Assembly: GCA_965644295.1 (NCBI GenBank)
Contig: CBFFRP010000410.1
Location: forward strand, 62,001-126,000
Direction: 5' to 3'
Length of the DNA: 64,000 nucleotides
Origin: Paraphysomonas bandaiensis
Lineage: Eukaryota > Protista > Chrysophyceae
The notes below the pieces were generated by a model. It worked only from the letters and a program-made list of their open reading frames with translations, searched no databases and was not told the origin of the DNA. Position numbers and translations under genes: made by a program. Positions 38,585-50,482 of this stretch are shown piece by piece; within the stretch, counting starts at the first letter, position 1; each line of letters begins with the position of its first letter.

Positions 38585-39418
38585 ATGACACTCCTTAACC
38601 TCACATATCTTCTCTTCTTTCTACTAATACCATCATCTAATTCTGTGTCATTTTTAAAACAAAACGCTTGGATTATACCCTCCATATACAGAGATGCGGA
38701 TCTTAATAGGCATTATCGTATACAGCAAGTGCCAGGTGATGGATCCTGTTTATTCCATGCATTAGCTGTTAGTATCGAGCATATGAATGCATCCAAATAC
38801 TGTGATTATAATACTAATACGAAAAAAATAGCCTATGAATTACGTCGTAAGGCTGTTAGTATACTTAACCGTACAACAGACCCTCTATATATACAGGACA
38901 ATGAATGCATTCATCCAACTAAACTTCTTACTATGATATCAATGCAATATAACATGACACCAGAAGAATATTGTCAATCAATGTTATGTACATCTAGTTG
39001 GGGTGGAGGTCCTGAGATAGTTGCATTAAGTAACTTCCTTCATCGCCCTATACATATATATGAACTGCATGCATCTACACATCATAGTTCAGGATTTGTT
39101 TTAAAGCGAACTTCTAGTATTGGATCACCAAAGTTTTCATATGCAAAACCATTAGAGATACTATACGCTGATGGCAGATTTCCTGATATAACACCTGGAC
39201 AACAGAGTGATCCGAATCATTTTCTCTCATTATTTGAAGAAGAAAAGCCCAGCTGGAGAGGCTTTACACGCTTTTTGTCGAGATCATTTAAGATTGCTCG
39301 TTCCCCAAAGCAATCAAAGCATGTAGACGAATCAAGTGCCTATAGTGATCAATTGCTTAAGAATTTTGTAGTAAACTGTACACTAAATTGTGATAACAGT
39401 ACAGTTGATGAGCCCTAA
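38585..39418 (+). CDS. OTU-family cysteine protease/deubiquitinase with an N-terminal signal peptide
   Basis: VPGDGSCLFHAL (catalytic D/C), WGGGPEIVAL, NHF (His). First ATG at 38585 begins MTLLNLTYLLFFLLIPSSNS. Confidence 0.85.
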   Translation: MTLLNLTYLLFFLLIPSSNSVSFLKQNAWIIPSIYRDADLNRHYRIQQVPGDGSCLFHALAVSIEHMNASKYCDYNTNTKKIAYELRRKAVSILNRTTDPLYIQDNECIHPTKLLTMISMQYNMTPEEYCQSMLCTSSWGGGPEIVALSNFLHRPIHIYELHASTHHSSGFVLKRTSSIGSPKFSYAKPLEILYADGRFPDITPGQQSDPNHFLSLFEEEKPSWRGFTRFLSRSFKIARSPKQSKHVDESSAYSDQLLKNFVVNCTLNCDNSTVDEP

Positions 39419-40079
39419 TAACTTGAGTTCGGTATTATTTTTATTTGAATTCAGATTTATCTCGAAATATATTCCTAATCCTCTTCATACTTCATACTTC
39501 TTGGAGATTTATATCTATACCAATGAAATCATTAATAATTAATAGATACCAGGCCCTGAATCTATATGGTACTTTGACATCAGTACATGAAATACTACAT
39601 CATTGTCCAGTTAGAATACGTAGGTAAGGCGATATTAGATATTAGTAGAGTGCAACAAAATTAAAAAGAGTAGTGTTGATTAAAAAGAGTAATACTACCA
39701 ATGTGGGTTACGTCTTTGATCTTACTTTAGTGAAGCAGATATAACAAACTTGAAACAGCACAATTCTGCAGTGACTAAATCAGTTCAGCAATTAGTGAAT
39801 GTAATAGATGAAACGATCTACCAGTATGACAATATTGATTACTCGCGCGCAGTTAAACACCAAAATACAGAAACCTGACACTACAGCATTTATTCGTGTA
39901 CCTTTGAAAATGATTAAACTTATTAAAATTTTACGACAGTCATAAAACTTCCAACGCAAATGAGAGAAAAACCAGGCAAACTACTCTGGAAGACTACTTC
40001 AAAACTTAACCTCACAATCTCACTAAATACTTTTAGCTATTCTCTCAGTGAGTTCACACGGTGCAAAATTCCAAAACAT

Positions 40080-42270
40080 CTACTCGGCGTAGATGGAGTC
40101 AGCGAGATCTTTGTATTTCTCGCACACGACATTGCGCTTGACCTTCATTGTGGGTGTGAGGTCACCCGCCTTCTCAGACAGATCCACAGGGAGCATCCTC
40201 CATTTCTGAACCACCTGGGCGTTGGACGTGGTACGTGAATTGGCTTTCTTCATGCCGTTATTAATATACTCAATCCACTTGGGGTCATCCTTAGCTTCTG
40301 ACATGGTGGTGGCAGAACTTCCAATTTCTGATCCAATGTAGAGAGCATCACCTGTGAGCTTATCTGTGGGCTCCTGAGTATCAGGATCGACTTCGGTCTT
40401 GAGGGATATAAGCATGGAGAGATACTTTCTTCGGTCTCCGATGACGATACAATTTGAAAGAGCGATCATTTCAGTCTTCATCTCATTCTCAATGAGAACT
40501 GGTGGAACATTCTCTCCACCAGCAGTGATGATGAGATCCTTGATGCGCCCCGTGATGCGCATAAATCCAGATGGTTTGGGCTGACCAGGCACATCATTAT
40601 CATCAAACTCCGCCACGTCTCCACTGTGTAAGAATCCCTGTTCGTCAATAGTTTCTTCAGTCTTATCGGGCATGTACATGTAGCCCTGTACAAGAAAATT
40701 ACACACCATATTTGTGTCGTACATACACGCACCATGAAGATGTGCCGCCCACGATAGCAGAGCTCATTCGTCCCATCAGCGATCATAGTTTCGGTACCGG
40801 GCATGGGGCGACCACCTGCAGATGCCATTATTACATTTGTAATGCAGGTGTAGAATATACTCACAATATCCAATTCGCCACGCGTTAGTGCTTGTAACAG
40901 TATGAGGGCCAGTACACTCGGACTGTCCAAACACTTCAAAAATTGGAATATCAAGTGAGCCGAAGTACTCAATGGTCTCAATAGAAATCGGAGCAGCAGC
41001 GGAAAAGCAGTACTTAGCTTGGTCGAGTCCAAGAGCCTCTTTAATCTTAGACAACACAATGCTGTTCGCGCATCCATAACCGAAAGGTGCTCCATGGTCA
41101 CCACCGAACTGAGCACGCTTTGTTTTTTCCGCAGCACATGACTTTGCCCAAGTGGAGAGCATCTTCTTGATCCCAGTGGTCTCTCTGCCCAAAGCCTTCA
41201 TCTTCTCCTCAATCTTTTCCCACACACGAGGGACACCGAAGAAAAGAGTGGGCCGAACGTCCTTCAGGGTGGCTGTGAGAGAACCCTTAAGTGCATCCGG
41301 CTGAGCGAAATACGTGCAACCGCCAATGTACATCGGTGCATGAATGTCTATCATTTGTCCAGCGATATGAGACAACGGAAGGTAAGAAACAATGCGGTCC
41401 GTGTGGTTCATTTCTAGGTAGTTGTCGACGAGGCATCGGACAGTCCAAGTGATGTTATCGTTGGAAATCATGACTGCCTTAGGAGGACCAGTTGTTCCAG
41501 AGGTGTAAATAAGCGTAGCACAGTTGCCAGGCTGCACACTACTGTATCGGTTTTCCACTTCGGTGTCCGGGACATCATTACCAAGGTTCATGAATTCTTC
41601 GAAAGAGTACAGGGGTACTTTGAAGGCCTCCCTATTAGACTCCTTGATTTCTTCGCCGTACATAACAATCGCCTTCAAAGCAGGAGTTTCGTCGCCACGG
41701 TTGGCATACTTCATGAGCTGTTTGTTGTCTTCGACAACAATAACTTCAGCATGACTGTGATTAGCGATGTAGATACAGGAGTCCGAGAGATTGGTAGTGT
41801 AGATACCAGCAGCAATACAGCCGGCCAATATCGCCCCAGTATTCGCTATAAACCATGAAGGCTATTCAACCCATCAAAACATATTCAATAATCAATTGAA
41901 ACCCAACTTACCGCATTAAATCCAATAATATTAATGATCTTAAACATATCCACATTCAAATGAATGAGTGATTTAGCAAATCTAAAGCAATCATTCCAGT
42001 AATCTTGCCATGTCCAATACTTCCAATCGCCAAGTACACCATCGACTTTCTGTTTATGTGCTAAAGCTTTTTCTGATCCATGTTTAGCTAAAGTATCTTG
42101 AAAGACTTGAACGATTGTCTTGGGAGGGTAGGCAGCTGTTTGTATAGGAGATATAGTGAGGTAGAGTAGAGGGTATGTAGAGGGGTTGTATGAGACTTAC
42201 CGGCACCAGAATCACCTACTTTTATATCAAGACATACGTTTGGTTCCGTGGTACAATGAGGATTACTCAT
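40080..42270 (-). CDS. ACSBG: Long-chain fatty acyl-CoA synthetase, bubblegum (ACSBG) type, multi-exon
   Basis: LIYTSGTTGPPKAVMIS, VSYLPLSHIAGQ, FFGVPRVWEK, FGQSECTG, GRHIFM|GY, ITGRIKDLIITAGGENVPP. Confidence 0.95.
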
Positions 42271-42485
42271 GATTACAATATCTTCACAGTTTATTTGATA
42301 GAAGGGACGGTATGAGAGTGTTGGGATGAGGTCTATATGTGACTGGGAACATATAGCAAATCACAGATACTTTTATTGTTAGCGACACTACCAACTCACT
42401 GTATCTCACAAGATTCTAGAGGAGTATCTTGAAGGGATGTTTTCTGATGACGTGACTGAAATGCATGATGACGTGGAAATATGGG

Positions 42486-42610
42486 TATGTATGTATGTAT
42501 GTATGTATGTATGTATGTATGTATGTATGTATGTATGTCTGTATGTATGTATGTATGTATGTATGTATGTATGTATGTATGTATGTATGTATGTATGTAT
42601 GTATGTATGT
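42486..42610. repeat. (TATG)n microsatellite, about 125 bp
   Basis: tatg array with one interruption. Confidence 0.98.
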
Positions 42611-42975
42611 ACACGTGTACACATATGTTATGTATGTCCTTCAACATGTCATAGAGAAGATTCTCCAATCAACACCATCGAATCACCTCCCATCTTTCCT
42701 CTCTAATTGGTTCCCATCTCATCATATGCATATCCTATAGAACATATGGTCCAATCTCTCATCATATGAATCCCCCCATATGATATCTACCCACTCCTAG
42801 ATCTCCATCTATACACACCCACCACTCTATTCCCAACACATACACTATCAATCAAAACACATGTCTGTTTATCATCAATACATCACTCATTTATAATCAT
42901 TTTCAAACCATTTATATATCAAACAACCCTCTAAACACACTCATTACAACACACACAGGAAGCTACTAATAAACA

Positions 42976-44470
42976 ATGACAACATACATAAACACCCCTC
43001 AAACAACATCACAAATACAACAAAATGATCAAGATGAAGCCCCTGATGATCCCTCTGGTGGGAATAATGACATCATTGTATTGGAATGTACATTGCCGAA
43101 GGGTGTTGTTGTGGGGAGAACGAAGTATGGCTATGGAGTCTTTGCATCTGAGAACTTCATCAAAGGTATGCTTATATACGTGTGTCTATGAGGATATGGT
43201 CGTATATGTGTGTCTATGGGAGTATATATGTGTGTCTATGAGGGTATGATTGTATTAGTGTGTTGGTGTTTTGATAAATGTGCAGGTGAGTATATATGTA
43301 TGTAAAATCGTATAATAGATGCGTGTATAGATGTAATGAATGATTTTATCTGTACAACTACTTACTGGGCACCGCTTATCATCAGGTCAAGTGCTATACA
43401 CTGGCACCTACACACTTATCGACGACGACGGACGAAATCGACCCATCAAACTTGTTACCAATACTGGTATCTATGATATGACCACAGAGATGCACACCGT
43501 TGGGGTCGGGGTCGCCCCGAATAAGAAGAGGCAGGCGTTCACATTTGATGCTTTTATGAACCACAGTTGCAATCCGAATACATACTCTGCTGATGAGCAT
43601 GACACTGCTACTGGTGGAACGTACAAAACTGTTGCCTTACGAGATATTGCTGCTGGGACTGAGATAACATGTGACTACGACCTCTTTGAACTGGATTCAC
43701 GTAAAAAAGGCATCGATAAGTGCGAGTGTGGATCTGCTGAGTGCCGCGGATTTTCCCACGGCTTCAATTTTATGCCTGAAGCTGTTCAGATGCAAGTCTT
43801 TAATCGCGTTTACAGCGAAGTTGTGGAGGCGTGGCTAGCACAGAAACCAAATGTTATGTTTCGTCGCTTATGTGCTCCTGAAGGAATAGCTATCAAACAC
43901 TGTGAGGAAGACGGTAGCATGTGCTTGGTTGCTAGCAAGCGCTTTGAGCCTGGTGAAGTCATGTATACGTACCATTCCGAATATTTTGACTCTTCAGTGA
44001 TCGACACCATCTTGGTGAGTGTTCGTGTTGACCACACCATCTCTCGTCACTCACGGACAACGAGCGGCTCTTCATCCGACAGTGGGGCCGAGTCCGTTAT
44101 CACAGGAATTTCATCTGATGATTCCACCCCCACACCAGTTGAGGGAGAAAACCCCCAGAATGTAGAGATGTGGGACATGAAAATGCCAGTTGTGCGCAAA
44201 CTTGACCTTCTTGCACACACTGTGAACCGCGGAGAGAATCGCCGCGAGTTTTTCGGCTTCGATACTTTTTGTGATCACTCGTGTGACCCTAACGCCTCTT
44301 TTGTTTATGTAAATGGGTCTCTCAATTCCACTGTTACTACTGCAAGACGGGTGATTGAGATCGGACAGAAAATCACTTGTGATTACACGGCCTTCGACGA
44401 GGGTCGGGATGGCACCGCCTTTGTTTGCGACTGCGGCGCTGAAAACTGCAAGGGTGTTATTGCAGGCTAG
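42976..44470 (+). CDS. Protein with two tandem SET + post-SET domains; 2 exons
   Basis: GYGVFA, then FMNHSCNPN...EITCDY...CECGSAECRG, and a second copy FCDHSCDPN...KITCDY...CDCGAENCKG. Confidence 0.9.
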
Positions 44471-45088
44471 GTGTGGCACGACCACCTTCAGCTAAGACGC
44501 TTATTATATGCTAGACATAATGTGAATTCATATTATTAGACGGGGCGTTTTAGCAGTCCTTGTCGATACTAATGTCGATGAGTTGAATTATTTCGAAGTG
44601 ATTAATAGCCGTGTTATCGTTTGCTTCGAAATCGTTTCTATATTTTATACAAAATAATAAATTAGTCTAGTATATTTTAACATCGTATCGTAGGATTACT
44701 TTAGCAAAGATAAAGCATACACTTTAGTCTTCCATTGTGCAGCAAACATTTAGATTCACTTTATAATTTATAATAATGGCCCTCAGACTACGTACTGGTG
44801 GCTTCATTTGGTTACCGCTATTACTGCAGCACTCCTAACAAATATTCCTTAACAACTGTATTCTTAAACTAGCGGTCATAATTCGAATTCCTTAAAATGT
44901 AGCCTTTAATTGCTTTCAAATTAGCAAAACTCAACAATCAGCATGGTTTCTATCATAAATAAGACAGTCTAAAACACTCTTAAGTTTCCATAAAAATCAG
45001 TTATTTGCTTTACTGACGTAGATTAATGTCTCATCCGAACCACTATTACTATGACTAAACTATAAATCATCAAATCATAAATAAGTAC

Positions 45089-48000
45089 TCATACTATAAA
45101 TTCTTGCCCTTTTCCCTTTGCAATCTTCGTTGAATAAGTAGAGCGGGTCATCGCATTAGTTTCAGTAAACAACGCCGGAAAACACTTCTTCCTCACAGTG
45201 TCTAGAATTATGACAGAGGATGCAAGGCAAACAATGAAGACTATGTCCCAGAATGACAATGCGACGGTTCTAAATACTTTTTGAAGGGGTTCAAAGTATA
45301 TCACTAGCACTTGGCCTAAAAGAGATAGGGTAACTGCGATAACAAATGCCATGTTTGAATCCCATTTTAGCTCGTAAATAGGCTTCGTGTTATGTCTGCA
45401 CGACACCGCATTGAATATATCAAACAAAACGAATGTCGTGAATGTCATAGTCGTGTCTCTAGACGACACCTTGCCATCATCTAGCTCAGTCAAAAACACA
45501 TACGTGGTACCAATGAGGATTAACGTTCCAGATGTCAAGACTCGTAGAATGAGTGGACGGGTAATTACACTATCGTTTCGGCTTCTTGGTGGACGCAACA
45601 TCACAGCCGGATCCACAGGTTCCACACCTAGGCTTTGAGCAGGTGGTCCATCCATTATGATATTAATCCATAAGATCTGCATGGGGTTAAGTGGATTGGG
45701 GAAGCCAAAGATATTATTAAGAGCAACCAAACTTAACGCAGCAAAAGATGTGCTCAGTTGAAATGTCAAAAAATTCTTGATATTGTGAAATATGGACTTT
45801 CCTTCCTCGACTGCATTAACAATGGTCGAGAAGTTGTCATCAAGAACGACCATATGTGCCGCTTCCTTTGCAACATCAGTACCAGAACCCATGGCAATAC
45901 CAATGTCAGCACACTTCAATGCTGGACTGTCGTTAACACCTAAAAATATCAATTAAAGTGGTCTGAGAAATATAATAGTCATACCATCTCCAGTCATGGC
46001 AACAACGTGGCCTTTCAACTGAAGGGCTCGGATTATATGAAGTTTGTGCCTGGGTGACGTGCGGTAGCAAACTGAAACGTCCTCCATCACACTTGAGAGA
46101 CCATCAATACCATTTACGCTCACAAGCTCTTCAATATCGCTGCCCGATAACGTCTTGTGTCGTTGTCTGTCGTACATATCAGTGCCGTCGTTAAGAATCC
46201 CTGCCTTGCGAGCAACAGCGACAGCAGTTCCCTCCGAGTCGCCAGTGATCATCATCACCCTTGCACCTGTTTGCTGGATCCTCTTCACTGCCTCACACAC
46301 TCCATTCCTAAGGGGGTCGTGCATACCAACTATGCCTCGAAGAACACACTCACTGCGCTGTACCTATAAAGAATGGTCGCTTAAGCAAATATCATACAAT
46401 CTAGAGGGGTCTCTACTAACCTGCTTACTGTCAGCAGATGCTACCAAAAGGACCCTAAGTCCATCGTTTGACATAAGCGTCGCCTGCTGCATAATTCGGT
46501 CTCTATCCATGGCACGCAGTGGGAGGATCTCACCTCCTCGGCCAATATAATGGGTGCAGTCCGGCAGCAATACTTCCACAGCACCCTTCACGTATGTCAC
46601 CTCAAGTTCCCCATCCACACATGATATCTCCATCCGCTTTCTATCCGATGAGAACCCGCCTTCAGATGTACGGACAAGGTGAGGGCGTCGGTCCGGCACA
46701 CCCAGTGCAGCTGCTGCGACAAGTAGTGCCCCTTCTGTTGGTTGACCAATGACGACGCCATCTTGTGTCAAGTGCGCGTTGTTGCAGATACAAAAGGCAT
46801 CTAACATTGGATAAAGTCCAGGAACAGAGTGTACATCCACATTGTTTCCCGCACTCCATAGAGAGACCTTATTCCCCAAATTACCGACATTTGATTCATA
46901 CGAAGATAAGGAACTCTCCCCTTGGCCGTGGCCGTTACTGTGAAACTCAACATAGTCATCCATACACAGGGAGAAAGCTCTTGACACCGTCATCTTGTTC
47001 TCCGTGAGAGTCCCTGTATATGAAGATAAGAAATATAGATCACATGCTGTTACAGTACCTGTTTTATCCGTGCAAATAAAATTCGCGCATCCCAGTGATT
47101 CAACTGCGGGAAGTTTCTTACATATGGCATTCCTTTTTGCCATCCGAATGACCCCAAGTGCGAGGGTCACAGTGACGCATATTGGCAGCCCTTCAGGTAT
47201 CGCAGCAACCGCAAGACTGACCCCGATATTAAACATCGACATAAAAGTTTTTCCTTGTAGCACTCCCAGGATGCCGATGCATATGATGATTCCTAGAGAT
47301 ACCATACTCAGATGTTTACCGAGATCATCCATCATCTCTTGCAGTGGGGTCCTACGGCTGTCTACCTCCTTCATATCTTGAAAGGTTTTGCCGAACTCAG
47401 TGTCAAGCGCCGTATATACAACAATAGCAGTAGCAGATCCAGTGGAGACCAGTGTGCCCATAAAAACCATGTTACGTTTGCTCGTCACTTCTGCATCATC
47501 AGGAATATCGATTGCATCCGCAATTTTGTCCTTGGGCTCTTGTTCACCCGTCAGATTCGATTCGTCCACCTACACAAGCATGAGTACTTGATTGTAGAAG
47601 TACCACAAAAAACTCACAGAGAAGCCATTACAGCAAAGAATGCGGGCATCTGCTGGTACTCTGTCTCCACACTTAAGTCGGATGATGTCCCCCGGAACAA
47701 GGTCCTCTGCAAGGGCATTATCTTGCAAGGATCCACGCACGACATGACACATGGGAGGCACCAAATGAGTGAGTGCTTCCAAACTCTGTTCAGAACGATA
47801 CTCCTGTAGTATAAACTCCTAAGCCTATAATATAACTAGACACAAATGGGTACCTGAATGAACGCAACAGTTCCAACGATGACGACTGCAGCAGCAATAC
47901 TAATCGCATCTTCGTACTGATACAAGATTAATTATAGTTCGTAGTTATACAGACAATTCAACCTGTCCAACTAGAATACTAAGAGCTGCAGAGCCTAACA

Positions 48001-48518
48001 ATAGGAGGATTAAGGGGTCTTTGAACTGCTGGATATACTTCCATAAAATATGTTCCTGTGCAGAGAATATCAAAAAGAGCTCATTGTGTAGATAGGAACT
48101 CGTTTTATACAGAGACGATACGAACAATATGTAAACAAACCACTCATCTATAACACATATACACATATATATATACAATGAAGCCAGTGCTTATACATAA
48201 CATACACATATATATATATATACATATACATACATATACATATACATGTATATAACATACACACATCTACATACACATACATATACACACATCTACATAC
48301 ATACATACACATACATATACACGTATACAGATGTACAGATGTATGTATCACTGTCTCCTGATAAAACTGACCTTCTCTTCCACATCAAACTTATTGGATC
48401 CATATGAATGTCGTCGAGACAAGGCTTCACTAACAGACAAGCCGATCTCGCCATTGGAGTTCAATATCTGTATAATCTCATCACCAGAGCACTTCCAGGG
48501 GTGCCTTGTGGCTAACAT
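45089..48518 (-). CDS. PMR1: P-type IIA Ca2+/Mn2+ ATPase (SPCA/PMR1), multi-exon
   Basis: [16 protein letters not shown]|[21 protein letters not shown]|GVNDSPALK, and [21 protein letters not shown] (SPCA-type). Confidence 0.95.
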
Positions 48519-48918
48519 GTTGGGTAGAAAGTGAGATTAAAGGGGGTTTGATGGATGGTGTGGTGACTATATGTATGTATGTATATGTATATGTGTATAT
48601 ATGTGTATATATATGTGTGTATGGCTCTATGTATGTGTATGTATGTATACAGAAGGATGTTCCTATAGATGAATACAGATATACAGCTGTATACGAGATG
48701 TCTATATGCTCTATGCATATACACATTCATCGATATTGTCGTTGTTTTTCTTGTTAAAAAGTCACTTATTTTGTGGTTATAGTAAAAAAGTCGCGTTATT
48801 ATGGACGAATTTAGTCTTGGTACAGGGATTTTTTCATAAAATCCTCGAATTATATATAAACCTATAGTTTTAAATGAAAAAACTCACCATTTCCCCCCCC
48901 CCTTGAACTGATATCTAG

Positions 48919-50357
48919 ATGTAGCTAACCGCAACATCCATCAATACAATCACAGACATACACACACAATGCATCTAAACTCATTGTTACCATCACACTC
49001 TTCCTGTATCTCGAGTGATAAGATAGAGGAGCCTTCAGTCCTCAAGATGCCCCCAGTGGGATGCATGAACCACTCCTGAGTCTCTATATTCAGAGAGTTG
49101 GAGGCAGGTGACAATTCATGCATTGTTGGAATACTTGCTATTAAAAATATGCCTCCAGATATGTTTCGCGTTGAAGAAGTTGCAGATTTAAGTCTCTCCA
49201 GTCATGTTAGTGCTAGAGGCCTTGTCTATTTTGCAAGTGCACATATGGCACCAAAGCTATGTGGAAGGATTATTTGCGTGTTGTTAAACCAACAATTGAA
49301 TTTGCCAAAAATATGCACAATCCTTGAAATCCAGGCAGTTTACCAATGAGGAATTTCTTCAGCACTGACGGGAAGACATCATTATCTGGAGGGCTTGCGA
49401 AGATGATGTGCGAAGTATGTTTGAAGAAATTCTCACAGACTATGGTCAGGTTGGTGCTGGTACAACGGGAATTCATAATGCATGCGATCGTCAGTTCACC
49501 TATCGGGAGGTCAAAATATGAGTTCGCAATCACATATTAGATGACAGTGCAAATTTCAGTAACAGACAGTTGGAGAAATCAATTCAAAAAGCACTTGATA
49601 GTTTTAGCCAGACGTTTCCATCTGTTGAATTTGGTAGAGCCTTAAAGGACACTCCGTTTTCGGCAATAGCAGCGTCACGTTTGGATTGAGATCCGGCACA
49701 GCATTTTGGCCACAGTAAGTGAATTCTCATATAACCATCTCGCGGTTCATTACTTTGTCGAAAAGCTGAGTCTCAATCCCAGCGTGAAGCTGCTATTGCC
49801 GAAATAAATATGAAAGAAGAAACTAGACTGATGGAAATAGAAGATGCTCTATCGGTTCTAGCTGCCTATGAAACAAGGAGCACTCGTACTTGAGAGGAAT
49901 GACTGATGGGGTGTAAGGATATTCGATAGTTAAGTTTTGCCATTGCGTATTTCTACGTTATTGTTTCGCACATATTCCTAACCAATGATATATTATTATT
50001 ATCAACATCTACATGTCAACACACAGAACGGGCGTATATATATGCATACACACAGGTGACATATTCTCATTCACAAGGTACAAATACTCTCTCCCCTCCA
50101 AACACTTTGTCTGTAGTATTAGTCGAATATAGAGTCTCAGTAGTGGTTACTGTAGTATCCACTGCTCTGCATATAGCGATTGATAGTCCTCCTGAGGACT
50201 GAGGGCTCCTCTTTCTTATCACTCGAGACACAGGGTGTGATGGTAACAATGAGCGTATATTAAAATGTGAGCTTACTCCATTGTAAAGATAGTGTGTGTG
50301 TCTCTGATTGTATTGGTGGTAATGTCATGATGAGATGTGGCGTTGTAATTGCTACAT
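48919..50357. mobile_element. Decayed DNA-transposon-like relic bracketed by imperfect inverted repeats
   Basis: 48980-49091 (ctcattgttaccatcacac...tctcgagtgataag...aaccactcctgagtctctatattc) is matched in reverse at 50125-50253, with weaker similarity outward. The interior has broken coding-like frames. Confidence 0.6.
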
Positions 50358-50482
50358 TACACATCATGCACGATGAAAACCTGAACTAAGAAGAACAATA
50401 CCATTACCGTAAGTGAGTGCAATACCAAGCTCATGACACCGTATATATATATACATACATGTGCAGTGGCTGCATATATATA

